Shown piece after piece: positions 43,811 through 57,984 of a DNA stretch of 64,000 bases; within the stretch, counting starts at the first letter, position 1, and each line of letters begins with the position of its first letter. Origin of the DNA: the human T2T-CHM13v2.0 reference genome, Homo sapiens. The position numbers and the translations under genes were made by a program. A model generated the notes under the pieces. It saw only the letters and a list, made by a program, of their open reading frames with translations. It did no database searches and had not been told where the DNA came from. The stretch is taken from NCBI RefSeq assembly GCF_009914755.1, contig NC_060947.1; one strand, 5' to 3'.

Positions 43811-46031
43811 TTGAGAAGGCTCTTGCTTTCAATGTTTCACCATAAAGTATTGTGTTTACTCTAGGTTTTGTGTAGGGGCACTTCTAGTGTACATTTTTTT
43901 CGGTCATAAGTGGATGTTGAGTTTTATCAAGCCCCTTTTCTTCCTTTATGGAGATAGGTTTTTGGTTTGTGTTTTTGTAGAGAGGGCTTCTTACTGTGTT
44001 ACCCAGGCTGGTCTCAAACTCCTGTCCTCAAGCAATTCTCCTGCCTCAGTCTCCCAAAGTGCTTAGGATTACAGGCGTGAGGGAGAACCTGTGTTTTCCC
44101 TCCTTGAACTTGTTAATGTGGTAGGCTATTTTAAGGGATTTTCTAGTATAACTTTGTAGCATTAACTAAGTTTGTATTGCTGGGATAAACTCAACAGGGT
44201 CATGTTCTTTCTTACTGCTGGGTTTGATTGCTAATACTTTCTTTAGGATTTTTACATCTTATATACATAAGATTTGGTATTAGTTTTCCTGTGCTGTCTT
44301 GGTCTAGTTTAGTATCATGCTTATGCTAGCCTTATAAAGTGAGTTGAGATATTCCCTTTTTCTGTTCTCTGGAAGTTTGTATAAGATTGGAGTTACTGGT
44401 TCCTTGAATGTTGCTAGAACTTGCACATGGAGCTGCCTGGGGCCTGGAAGATTATAAACTACCAGCAAATGTCTGCCAAATCTATAGCTGTGTCTGTCTT
44501 TTCATTCCTGCATCCTACTATTGTTTGTTTGTGCCCTCCTTTTTTCTTTATTAGTCTAACCAGAGGTTTGTCAGTTGTGGTTATGGCACCAACTTGATAA
44601 TATAATTATGTTCATTTGTTTCCCTTTTAGGGCTTTTCCCCTGCTTTTTTGATTAATTTTTAACGAGTAAAAACTTTATATGATTTTGAAGTCACATTTA
44701 TTTCAAGGTATATTCAGAAAAGTCTTGCTTTCACCCCATCTCTGACCAGGTATTCTGTTTCTTTCCCCCGCGTAGATGATCAATCTTATTAGTTTGTTCT
44801 TCTAAGTATCTTTTGCAAATTTGAGCAAGCACGTACATGTATTTTCCCCTTTTCTTGCACAAAAACATATTTCATACACTATTCAGCCTCTTGCCCTTTT
44901 CACTTAAAGAATATACCAGGAATCATTCTTCATTTTCTCCTCCTTTCTTTAGATTTATTCTGCTGTTTGGATGTTTCAAAACATAGTATTTTCATGATTA
45001 TTTAGTTGTGATATTTTCTATTATGATTATTTCATTCACCTGCGAGCTGTTTAGAAGTATATTTTTACTTACAAATGTATTTTCTGGGTATTTTCAAAAC
45101 TGATTTACAACTTAACTGCATTATGGTGAAAGAATATGATGTGAACACTCGTAGTTCTTTGAAATTTGTCAAGGATAGGCTTATGTGGTATTTTTGTGGC
45201 TGGCTTCTTTCACTTAGCATACTGCTTTTTATATTCATTTTTGTGTTGTTGCATGTATCAGCAGTTCCTGACTTTCTGTTGCTGAGTAGTATTCCATAGT
45301 ATGGTTATAATGTAATTTATTCATTCAGTAGTTGATCATTTGAGTTGATTCAGTTTTTGGCCATTTTGAAAAAAAGCTGCCATGAACATTCACATACAAG
45401 TCTTTGTGTGGACTCATGCTTTTATTTGCTTCGTGTAAATACTTAGGTGTGGCATTGCTGGGCCATATGTTTAGTGTATGTTTAACTTTACAAGGAACTG
45501 TCAAACTGTTTTCCAAAGTGGCCATGCCATTGTGCCATTTTGCATTCCTACTGGCTTTAATTGTCTGCCTTTAAAATGTTAGCCATTTGACTGGGTGTAT
45601 AATGGTATCTCATTGTATTTTTAACTTACAAATTCCTAGTGACTAGTAATAGTGAGCATGTCTTTATGTGCTTGTTGGCCATTAAGTTTATCTTCTTTGG
45701 TGAAGGATTTGCTGAAATCTTTTGCCCATTTCTTATTAAATTGGATTGTCTGTCTGAAGTTGTGAGGGTTCTTTTTATATTCTGGATACAAGTACTTCAT
45801 CAGATATGTGATTTGCAAGCATGTTCTCTCAAACTGTGGTTTGTCTTTCATTTTCTTAACTGTGCCTGTGCAAGAGCAAGGAGTTTTGATTTTGATGAAG
45901 TCCTATTTACTTTTTCCCCTGTTATGGTTTGAGTTTTTGTGTTTTAAGAAATCTTTACTTAACCTAAGTTCACAAAAATTTTCCCCTGTGTTCCTTCCAG
46001 AACTTTTTTAGTCCTGCTCTTATGTTTAGAT

Positions 46032-46646
46032 CTGTTTTGGCAGACAGATCTTTCCAACCCCTGGTGTTTATACCTGTGTGATCCCCTTCCCTTGAGTGTG
46101 AGCAGGACCTGTGACTTGCTTCTAGAATATAGACTAGAATATGGAAAAAGTGTAGGGATTCTACAGATATAATTAAGGTCACAACCAGTAGATTTTGAAT
46201 TAATCAAAAGAGAAGTTATCCTGGGTAGGCCTGAATTAATCAGCACAAAACCCTTAAAAGAAGGTCTGGGTCCTCCCCGAGGTGAGATTCTCTTTGCTGA
46301 CTTGTTGATGTGAGCAGCCACATTGAGGAAGGCCACATAGAAAGGAACTGCAGGTGGTCTCTAGGAACTAAAAGCTGCTTAGCAAAAAGCCAGGGCCTTC
46401 AACCATGCAGCCTAAAGGAAATGAGTTCTGCCAACACTCTGAATGAGCTTGGAAGCAGATTTTCCCCAGTTGAGCCTCCAGATGAGAATGCAGCCTGGCC
46501 ATTACCTTGATTGCAACTTTGTGAGACCCTGAGCAGAGGACCCAGCTAAGCTGTGCCTGGACACCTGACCCACAGAAACTGTGAGATGATAAATGTGTGC
46601 TGTTTATGGCTGCTAAGTTTGTTATTCAGCAATATAAAACTAGTAT
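46032..46646 (+). mobile_element. MaLR solo LTR (MLT1E-like) nested in L1
   Basis: cccttgagtgtgagcaggacctgtga...cctccagatgagaatgcagcc...ctgacccacagaaactgtgagatgataaatgtgtgctgttt. Confidence 0.85.
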
Positions 46647-47112
46647 GTCTATGTTCCATTTCAAGTTAATTTTGTATATTTTGTGAAGTAAGGGTAAAGA
46701 TTCATTTATTTTTCCATATGGACATCAAACTGTTCCAGCATCATTTGTGGGAAAAGGCCCACACATTTTGGTAATTTTGTTGAAAATCAATTGACCATTG
46801 CTAGGACCTCAAAAAGAAGGGCCTAATTATAGTCTCTGTTCTGTTCCATTGATCTGTATGTCTATCCTTATACCAGTACTGCAGTGTCTTGATTACTGAG
46901 GCATTATAATAAGTCTGGGGATCAGGTAGTGGAAGTACTGCAACTTTTTTTTTTTTTTCTTTTCAAGATTGTTTTGAATATTCTTGGTCGCTTGCCTTTC
47001 CATACAAATTTTGGAATCATCTTGTCCAAGCCTGTTGGGATTTTGATAGGGATTTCATTGACTTTGTAGATCAATATTGACATCATGACAATTAGGAGTC
47101 TTTGATCCTTGA

Positions 47113-47526
<414 letters not shown>

Positions 47527-47622
47527 TAGCTTTCAGTGTGTGATTCTTGGACGTATTTTGTTCAGTGTTTCCCTAAGTATTTCATTTTTTTTGGTATTGC
47601 AAATGACATTTTTAAAATAAAG

Positions 47623-47916
47623 TTTTTTGAGACAGGGTCTTGTTCTGTTACCTAAGCTGGAGTGCAGTGGCATGATGGTGGCTCACTGTAGCCTCAACCT
47701 CCTGGGCTAAAGTGATCCTCCCTCCTCAGCCTCTCAAGTAGCTGAAGACTACAGGTGCATGCCCCCATGCCCAGCTAATTTTTTTTTTTTATGTTTTGTA
47801 GAGATAGGGTCTTGCTGTATTGCCCAGGCTGGTCTCAACTTCCTGGGCTCAAGTAGTCCTCCTGCCTCAGCCTCCCAAAGTGCTGAGATTTCAGGCATGA
47901 ACTATAGCACTGGGCC
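47623..47916 (-). mobile_element. AluJ-like
   Basis: gctcactgtagcctcaacctcctgggct and ttcctgggctcaagtagtcctcc. Confidence 0.9.
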
Positions 47917-49161
47917 AGTATTTTTATATTTCAGTGTTCATATGTTCATTGCTAACAATACAAATATAATTAATTTTTATATTGGCTTTGTGTTTTATGC
48001 AGCCTTACTAAATTTACTTATTCTAGTAGTTTTTTTGTAGTATTCTTAGGATTTTTTTTGCATACATGATTATGTTGTCTGTAAATACAGTTTTACTTCT
48101 TTTTTCCAATATGTTATGTGTTTTGAACTTGCTAGAAGCTCTAAAAGATGTTAAATACAAGTGATAAGAGTGACCGTCCTTGCCTTGTTCCCACTCTTAT
48201 TGGTGAAAGAAGAAATGCTTTCTAAGTGTGATGTCAGCTGAAGGTTTTTCATAGGTGCCCTTGACAATTCCTGATTTCCTGAGGGTGTTTTTAAAAATCA
48301 TGGATAGATGTTGAATTACGTTAATAGAAGCCACGTCTCAGATACAATCTTCAGGAAGATAGCACACCTCATGAATAGTCTTACTGACTATACATATCAC
48401 CACATTTATACCCATTCTTAACCACCACTACCCAGCTTTTCCTCCTAGTGTCGATAACAGAATTTCCATCTGGATCTTGGGAATTCTTTGTGGAGCAGCA
48501 TATACTGCTCCTTCAAAAGACATAGATCTTCTCTGCGAGATTCACATGTATCATTATTTTAGAACTGGAATTTCTTCATCCTCTCTTTCCTTGCCATTCT
48601 TTTAACACTGGTTTTGGTTCTTCTTCATCTTGCCTTTTTTATTTCTGCCTTTTTTTTTTTCAGGTTATTTCTGCCCCATCTGTGAAACCTTGTCTGCCAA
48701 TAGTGCCAAGTTATAAAAATATGTACGTTCAGTCCTTTCACCTTCTTCTGTAACAAGGATAGGTGGTTGTTTGTATTTGTGACTGGAAGAAGTAACTGCT
48801 CCAAGTATGAAGATAACTATTGTCCATACTCTCTAGGTCATGGCAAGTCTTTCTCCTTCTGATTCTCCCAGGATCCTAATTAAGCCATCTTTGGGGATTC
48901 CCTTTGCATACTCCTTCTCTACTATGGCAAACTGCCTGTTGGGCAAGCTGCTACTCCTACTGCTTATCTCTGCTAACCTTCAAGGTCAACCTGCTCTTGC
49001 AAGTTAGGACTAATTAAGATGTATCAAGCCCAACATTCTCAACAATCAAAAGACCCTAGGCAGCGTTCCAAAAGCCCCATGTAGAGGAAGGTCAGGAAGT
49101 TCCAAATCCAAATTATTCAATGTATTTTGGAACTCTTCTTTGGATTGACTTCAGAGACCAG

Positions 49162-49206
49162 GCACCTTTAAAAAAATATCCTCGCACCTTTAAAAAAAAT
49201 ATCCTC
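49162..49206. repeat. 22/23-bp tandem duplication
   Basis: gcaccttt(a)7tatcctc followed directly by gcaccttt(a)8tatcctc. Confidence 0.95.
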
Positions 49207-49344
49207 AAAGGCTCTAGGCCAAAATCATTTTGTATCACCTCTATTAATACATAGAATGGGCACCGGTGCTGTATGGAGCATTGGTTTTGGTTTAAAAATT
49301 AAGATATGGTTAAAGTTCATGAGATGGTACCTTATGTAGCTTTA

Positions 49345-49500
49345 AATTCCAAAGGCAGTTTCAAAAGAATAATTCAAAGAATACTTTGAACAGTGGCCAC
49401 ATTGCTGGAATTTGTGTACACCATCAAAGGGGACTACTTTGAAGAATAACTCAGCTATATATGATCTGACAGGCTTTTTAACAAATGCCTCATTACATGA
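49345..49500 (+). mobile_element. Ancient mariner transposase C-terminal relic (MARNA-like)
   Basis: KAVSKE*FKEYFEQWPHCWNLC...(frameshift)GDYFEE resembles the mariner C-terminus ...W.KC....GDYFE. Confidence 0.7.
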
Positions 49501-50548
49501 TAGTTGCACCTCATGGGGTGTTTTGTGCACTAGTAATAAAAACTTTCTCCTTTTAAAAGATAGTTTTAATAAAGACTAAGTGGATACAAATAAATAGTAG
49601 ACAATCAAGGGTTGTGCTGTTTCAGTGACTCACAGACATGGATTTCAGGGGAAAAAGCCTATTTGTTGACTCATCTTTAAAGTGAAGTCTAGGGTTCTTC
49701 TTTGTGACCATCAGATTTTATCACGTGGATGAAATTCCGAAAAGATTTTTTTTATCCAGCTGTGCAAGCAGGAGGCATGATGTCCTCATTTTAATATGAT
49801 CATCTATGAGAGAATGAGAATGACAGATATCTATCTGTTAGTGGATGAGAGGGCCGGTCAGATTGCCTAGATTTCAGTTCCACCTTTGACAGTTATTAGC
49901 AGACAAATTGTTTAACCTTCCTGTTCCTTGTGTTTGTCAGTTGTCATATGATGATAGTAATACCTAGTTGCCTTTTAAGGTTTTGGTGGGGATTAAATGA
50001 CTTAATCTGTGATTAGAACAATGTCTGACAGGTAGTAGATGATCTGTAAATGAAAGCCGTGATCATTAGCATAAGCAGATACTCTGTTTTGCTTTAATTG
50101 TATCACCTCTGTTATTGTCTTTATTACTATTTAACCTTTTTTATACATATTAATTATCTTTATTGTTATCTAAACATTTGTTTGTCATCTTCCCAACTCA
50201 GTTTTTAGCTCCTTGAAGACATATCTCAAATTTTTTTGGTTGAGGGGAGGGGGAACTCTCCATTGTGGTCCAGAGTAGCTGCCCACTATATAGTTACTGA
50301 TTGTGAACTCTTTGGAAACAAGATTTAAATAATGATATATGCTGAGTTAGGAGTATCTCAGAATGATTGGCTTGTTGTCATTTCATTATTTCTTCTAAAA
50401 AACCATATTATTATTTCAGTACTAGTTAATTTCATAGGTATTCATTGAATGCTTATGGATAGATTGACAAATGAAATTGTTCTGAATGTAACCATATGTT
50501 GACATGACCATTTTATAGATTGTTAATTTCTGTAGCCAACCTCCTGCC

Positions 50549-51011
50549 TATTATGGGTTGAATTGTGTCCCCTAAAAAGATATACTGAAGCCCTAGTCCC
50601 TATTTCCTCAGACTGGGGTCTTGTTTGTTACTGCAGTTGTAGTTAGTTAAGATGAGGTCATGCAGCACTGGAGTAGGGTGGACTCCTCATCCAGCATGAC
50701 TGGGGTCCTTATGAAAGAGGAAAGCACCATGTGAAAACACAGACACACAGGGAGAAAGCCATGTGACAACAGGCAGAGAGATTGGAGTGGTGAAGCTGCA
50801 AGCCAAGGAATGCCAAGGATTGCAGCCACCACCAGAAGCTAGGGAGAGGCAAGGAAGCATTCTCCCCTAGAGGCTCCAGATGGCACATGGCCTAGCTGAC
50901 ACCTTGATTTTGGACTTTGGGCCTCCAGAACTGTGAGAGAATTTATTTCTGTTCTTTTAGGCCATCCAGTTTGTGGGACTTCTTTACAGCAGCCCCAGGA
51001 CACCAATAGAC
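50549..51011 (+). mobile_element. MaLR solo LTR (MLT1B/C-like)
   Basis: ttatgggttgaattgtgtcccc...agccaaggaatgccaagga...cctccagaactgtgaga...acaccaataga. Confidence 0.9.
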
Positions 51012-51116
51012 TGCCCATCTGCTTGAATTAGAGTGTTGACAAGCTTGGGATTTCATTTCAAACGGTGGATTTGCCTATGTTTTCATCTATTATCCATCTT
51101 CTCCAGATACTTTGAT

Positions 51117-51725
51117 TTAAATATATAAATATAAATACATATTTATATATTTAAATATAATTTATATAATTTATAATTTATATATTTAAATATATATTAA
51201 ATTATATATATTTATATATAAATTATAAATTATGTAAATTATATATTATATAAATTATAAATATATATAAAGTATATATATTATATAAATTATAAATATA
51301 TATAAATTATATATAAATTATAAATATATAAAAATTATATAAATTATATATAAATTATAAATTTATATAATTTATATAAATTATATATAAATTATAAATA
51401 TATATAAATTATATATATTATATATAATTATAAATATATATAAATTATATATATTATATATAATTATAAATATATATAAATTATATATATTATATTATAT
51501 ATAATTATAAATATATAAAAATTATATATATTATATATATATATATATAATATATATATATATTTATATATATATATATATAACATATATATATATGTTA
51601 AATATATAAAAATATTTTAAAAATATATTAAATATATATATTAAATATATATTTCCCATACCTGATCTGGCAGCAAATATATTTTTATATATGGCAGCAA
51701 ATATATATTTTCATATATATATATG
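51117..51725. repeat. ~600-bp almost pure A/T minisatellite
   Basis: Degenerate atatataaattata units with almost no G/C. Confidence 0.97.
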
Positions 51726-52325
51726 AAAATCTGGCACAAAAATACGGTTCTTATATGCATGCTAGGAATGGGAGACGTTTCCAAAGATGCTTATAAAAGC
51801 ACTGTTTATAATTGAAACCTGGAAACAGCTCAAATGATCACTGGGAGGAGAATGGAAAAACCAAGTGCAAAGCAGTGGACTGCTATGCAGCTGTGAAAAT
51901 GAGTGGAACACAACTATATGCATCAACATTTATGACTCTCTCAACACTATGTGAGAAAAGCAAGTGGCAGAAGAATATATAATGATTCCATTTACATAAG
52001 ACTTCAGAAACATGGAAAATCATATTATTTAGGGATGTATACATGTGGAAAATTTTAAAGATATGCAAGGGAATTATAAACCTAAAAATCAGCCCTAGGG
52101 AGGTAGGTTGGAGTACCTTTAATGACTGATGACTAACTTCTCCAAAGTCATGAAAGTTTATGAGGGTGATGCTACATTTGTTTCTTCACGGAATACTGAG
52201 TACCCAAACTGTGCTTTGTGCTGGTGCCAGAATGGAAAACATGGTCCTTGGCCTTAGGAAGTTCTAGAAATCTAAGAGACGGGACACAAAATATCAAGGC
52301 ATAAGTACAGGGTAAGAAATGAAAT

Positions 52326-52672
52326 ACAATCGTCCCTTGGTATTTGCGGGAAACTGGTTCCAGGACTCCCGAGGATACCAAAATCCTTGGAGGCCCAAGT
52401 CCTTGATATAAAATGGCATAGTATTTGCATATAACCTTGCATATCCTCCTGTGTACTTTCAGTCCTCTATAGATTACTTATAATACCTAATACAATGGAA
52501 ATGCTATGTAAATACAAATAAAAATTAGTATTTGAAGTATTTTTCTATTTGTATTATTTGTATTTGTATTATTTTTTGTCATACTGTTTTTTGTGTTTCT
52601 TCCCAAATATTTTTGATCCGCAGTTGGTTGAATCCCTAGATGTGGAACTCCTGGATGTGGAGGGCTGACTAT
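52326..52672 (+). mobile_element. MER2 (Tigger-type MITE)
   Basis: caatcgtcccttggtat...ttccaggactccc...gataccaaaatcc...cagttggttgaatcc...ggagggctgact; TA flanks. Confidence 0.88.
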
Positions 52673-52703
52673 ATTAGAAATATGTATGGTGTACAGAGAA
52701 GTG

Positions 52704-52752
52704 GAGAGAGAGAGAGAGAGAGAGAAAGAGTGTGTGTGTGTGTATGTGTGTG
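52704..52752. repeat. Compound (GA)n(TG)n microsatellite
   Basis: Direct observation. Confidence 0.95.
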
Positions 52753-54267
52753 TGGGGGGAGGTCAGGAAAAGCTTTCCATGTTTTGAAGCAGGTAAATGC
52801 CAACAAAGCATATGCCAACGAAGCCCCTGCTTCTGCCTTCAAATGAGAGTACCTAGAGGAATTGTTTCAAATGGCAGGTTATCTCCAACCTTTTCTCCTC
52901 TCTTCAGTTTTCTAGATACTGTGCACATCCACTCTAGAGTTCCTTTTTTCCTCCCTCCTCCACTACTGATTCTGCTCAGAAGAATCTTCATCAGTAATGC
53001 CCAATGCCTGGGCTTTTCTTTGGGGTCCTTTAGCCCAGACCTGAGAAGGTTCTTGGAAAGTAAGGAGATGTTTTGATCTGGCACCTTTGTTACTATCATA
53101 GTTATAACTATTTATACGTTTCTATTCTTCAACAATTACTGTTTTAACTTTTGCTAAATAAGTTACTGTTTACTTATAAATTTAAAATGTACTTTTTGTG
53201 AATAGTTCTCACAGGGGAAAATAGTTCAATAAAATGCAGTTTTTTTCATTGAGCAGATCAGCTGGGTTCATGAGTTTTGGAATTGGCAGATGCACGGGAA
53301 CTTGATCTTGTTCCTATTTTAAAACTTTGTTTACTGGCAGGTATTTGACTGTTAAAAAATCCATTGGTGAGTTTAATGATCTGTTTAAATGTGTGCAGTA
53401 TTGCTAGGTAGCCTTTGTACATTAAAAACAGATAACCTGATAGTAGTTGACTTTTCTAATAGTTTACTTACCATATCACTTTCAATTTATGAATAATTTC
53501 TAAAGTTACCCTGTTCCATGGCCACAGCTCATGCCACTAAAGCCAATCAGCTGTCTTGAAGATGTGCCATTTGTCGTGAGGGGACCAAGAAATAGGGTGA
53601 AGAGATCAGCCCAAATCCATCACTAGCCACTGGAAAAAATGATTCAAAATGCATTCTCCACTGAGTCTGAATTACATTATTTTTAGCCAAAGGTCTTTGC
53701 AACATTTAAAGAAATAGGGGTAGGTATATCATCATGTTTAAAATGAATTGTAAATATCAAAATTATACAGAGAGTGAGATTTTAAATGAAATACTATATA
53801 GCATCATATAATTTTCAAAGAGGAATCATCAAACCAAATACACTGTAGCCCTAAGATTTGAAGTGACCAAGACAAATCAAGAAGCTCTAATGCTTCTGTT
53901 ACATGTGTCTATGTGGACAGTAAACCACTTACTTGGGGGATCCTTTTTTGGAGTAAATATAGTTAGATTTGTAGCCTATTTTTAGATATCTGAGCCTGAA
54001 TAGAAAGTAATGAGATGAGATCTGTATGTTAAGTATTTCACAGAAAGATTCCCTGGGCTAGGAGTCAAGTGTTTTCTTTTTTTAATGGAAGGAGGCATAT
54101 TTGAAGGTAAACTACTGTAAGGCTGATTGGAGTCTTGGCAAGGTTAGATTGATCATCTTAGAAAACCTGTGTGCAGAATGGTTAGGCAATCAAGGATATG
54201 GTATATTTTGTGGACAACCAACCTAACATATTAGCACCAGTTTGGGGAATGACTTAAGAGTTCACTG

Positions 54268-54570
54268 GGCTGGGTGTGGTGGCTCATGCCTGTAATCCTA
54301 GCACCACAGGAGGAGGCCGATGTGGGCGGATCACTTGAGGTCAGGGGTTCAAGACCAGCCTGGCCAACGTGGCGAAATCCTGTCGCTACTAAAAATACAA
54401 AAATTATCTGGGCATGGTGGCGCACATCTGTAATCCCAGCTACTCAGGAGGCTGAGGCAGGAGAATCACTCAAACCCAGGAGGCAGAGGTTACGGTGAGC
54501 TGAGGTGGTACCACTGCACTCCAGCCTGAGCGACAGAGTGACACTCTGTCTCAAAAAAAAAAAAAAAAAA
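54268..54570 (+). mobile_element. AluS
   Basis: Sense dimer with long poly(A). Confidence 0.95.
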
Positions 54571-54937
54571 GCATAAAGCATCTCTGGTAGGAGGAAGGGA
54601 ACTGGTATTTGAGCATCTTTGTTATGCCATCTGCTGTGCTATAATTTTACCTGTTCCTCATGACAGCACTGTGAGGGCTGGCGTCACACCCATTTTACAG
54701 ACTGGAAACTGCAGTAATTAAGTGAGAGAATTGGGATCTGAGACACAAATTGGTCTGAATACAGAATCCCTTCCTTTTTTTCAACTGTATCACACTGTTT
54801 TGTAGGTGGGCGCATAGTGGCATTTTGACAAGCTCTCAATGGTGGGGTTAATAGCTTGTTTTTTAGTTTAAGAGAATATGATTATTATGTACTTCGGCTG
54901 AAGACGGTTCACATGGGAATTATTTTAACAGCTTAAT

Positions 54938-55100
54938 GCAGGGCGTGACAGCCTGTTTTTGTAAATAAAATTTTATTGGAATATAGCCCATCATTTATTT
55001 ACATATTGCTGCTTCAGTGCTACAACGCAGTACTGAGTAGTTGCAACAGAAATGTCTGGGTATCTGGCCCTTTACACGGAAAATTTGTCAGTCCCTTGTT
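54938..55100. mobile_element. MER58-like hAT MITE, internally deleted
   Basis: cctgtttttgtaaataaaattttattggaa...gagtagttgcaacaga...tctggccctttaca. Confidence 0.8.
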
Positions 55101-57984
55101 CAAAGGAAAATGTATAAAAATGAACCAAACTTCTGCTTTTGCAGATCATAGTTTATTTTCATGTGAGTTGAGCACTTCTTCCCCCCAAATAAACAAATAT
55201 ATGTGTTAAATTGATGGTGTACCTGGTCTCAAAATGGCTGGAATATGAACATTTATCTTGGTTCACAGTGATTTGGTTGAGGACGTCTCAAGGTATGTTT
55301 CATTTTTTTGCATCCTAGGTGGCCTACAATCCAAGCTACTTTAATGCAAAAAATCAGAATAAATTTATAGTAAATCCTGTGTTTACTGGCACTCCAGGTA
55401 CAGAACTCTGTGAATGGTTCTCATTGGGGGTGACGCTCCCCCTAGAGGCCAAATTGGAAATGGGGGCATGTTTTGGTTATGGTGTAATTCATTGAAAAAT
55501 ACATTATTTTATTATAAATCACTGTCCTTTTATTTCTCCTTTATATTGGAGTTAGTACAGTATATTGATTTTGTATCATGTTTAGATTGAGGATATCCAT
55601 GGTTTTCATTTCAGCCTAGCAAAGGGGACTTTACAGAAATTTGTTTTATAAAAAGGGAGTTTCGGGTCTGATGGTATTGAGCACCACTGCCAAAGAGATT
55701 TGGCATCTTTTTGAAAACAGACTTCTAAGTAAGGACAACTACCTTAGAAAGACCTGGAATTCTGAACGGAGAGGCTGCTTGTTCTCTGACAAACTTTAGA
55801 AGTCAAGTTTTAAGTCTCAGTATGTTTCCATAAGCAGCATCTTTCCAGAGAAAGAGCATGATTGAACTTAACGTAAATGCCAACACAGAGTCATAAACCA
55901 CATTAAAGGCTCATCAAAAGACAAAAGCTGCATACCTTTGTCACTGTTTTGTTTGTATACAGAAAAGTTCAGAAAAACCACTCAGGGCCATTGATCTCAA
56001 CTCAGGTGACGATGGGAAATAGAGCTCTCCGTGGTGTTTACAGTTTGCTTGCAAAGGCCCTATGAGGCAGAGATCAAAATTATTTTCTAGTTCTGCTGCT
56101 TTTAGATTCTTAACATAAGCGTTAAAATGGCATGCATTTTTTAATGTTTTTAGTTAATGTGTGCTTCAGGTTTGTGTATTGTTGTTTTTCATATTCAACA
56201 GAAAAGGAAAAACAGTTCCTTAGTCTGGAAAAAGGGCGCAGTGAAAGAGGTTTTTGTATCTGCCTCCACAGATTCAACTGACCAATCCCAGCCCCCTGTA
56301 CTGGGACGGCTGTACCTTAATTTGAAATGTTCATGGAAAAGTCTATAAGGGAAGATAGCATTACTCAAATTATTTTCAGTGCAAATCGTTTCAAAGGGGT
56401 ACAAGTTAACCCTGCAGTTAACTACATAACAGTATATACACTTAAATTTGCTGCCCAGAACCACCCTGCCTGGACCATCCTGATCAGCCAAGGCCTTGTC
56501 GTACCATTTCAAACATGAGTTTGTATGAACTTGTGGCTTAAGTGAAATATTACACTGCCAACAACTGTTATGTTCCTTGGCCAATCCTTAATTGCCCAGT
56601 TCATTCACTCATTTAACAAATACCTGTTAAATATCTTTTGGGTGCCAGGCACTGTTACAGGTGCTGTAAATAAATAAAACATAAAATTCTTGGGGCTTAG
56701 AGGCCCCAAAGGTTGGTTGGCTAGGTGAGTTGAGTTCTCTTAACTATGTTTCTTAGTCTCAAGCTGTTCTACTGAGATTGGGACCAGTCACGTGCAACCT
56801 GGTTTCCTTCCAGAGACCACTTAGAAGCACTTTTCTGTAGGTAGAAGGGACTCTGCAATGCAGGGAGACCTAGGCTAGAGTTGTCCCTGCCAGTAAGTCA
56901 CTCCAGGACCTTGTCACACACCCTCTAGGCCCCCCGCATCTCCTCTGTAATAGGAGAGGGTTGGGCTTAAATCATCTCAAAGGTTATTTTGGGGGATCAA
57001 AAGTGATAGAAGTCTACCTCTGGTTAGAATGCTGTAGTTAACATATATATACGGAATCAACTTTTAATTTTTGCTTTAAAGCCAAGGTAGCCAAAAATCA
57101 ACATTTTTTTGTTTGTTTTTTAAATAAAAAGGATAAAAAAACTTGATTGTTAGGGCTTTGGGATGAAATACTCTGTAACCAAAAGGGTAGCTGATTTTTG
57201 TAGACTTCACTATAGCTTCTAATTATCATCCAACTGCCTTTACACTAACATAGTCATTTTATACACGAAGATATGGATGAGCTTTCTTTGCTTGGTAAGT
57301 TAGAGACAGCCCAGGGCTTGTACACACCTGTCTAGTACATTTTCCAAAGTACTACACTGCTTTCCATTTTCCTATTAGAGTCATTATTGTCTTTTTTTTT
57401 TTTTTTTTAAGCAAAAAGCACTTTATAACTGAGTGGCTGCTAGCCATGCGCTATCCCTGTATTAGTTAACTTTTCTCCTAGTATTTCCAAGGTCAGGACT
57501 AATTTGTAGAATTGGCTAAGACATTGGCATTCACTAGCTATCCTTTTGTGCTCATAAAAATTAAAAATTTTAAAAATACTAGTAATTTGTTAACAGATAC
57601 ACTGTGTGGTTCCAAGCCCTGCATGAATGTATTAATTCATTTGTTTCACCTAATAATGTTGATGTAAAATGGGGGTAATAGCAACCAAAGCCCAGAGAAG
57701 TTAAATAACCTACTCAAGGTCAAATGGTGAGTTGCAGAGTTGGAATTTGAATGTAGTCAGCTGCAACATTTGTGCACACCAGCATGATGCTGTTCCAGCT
57801 TCTATAATCTTCAGGGATCAATCAAAACCATTCAACAAAGAGAGGCTCACTGATGAGATTTTAAAGTAAGCCTCATTGTGGAACTGGCACATGTTATCTG
57901 GACCTTTGGATTTCTCGGATGTATACTTGATCCAACTATTAACAGTAGTAGTAGTGTCTGGTGTTCCTCTAAAAATTAGAGCTT

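Noticed and set aside
55319-56005. Further AG...GT exon-like segments (55319-55397, 55963-56005)
   Set aside because: Weak donors (GTACAG, GTGACG) and no other support; expected by chance in a 23-kb intron
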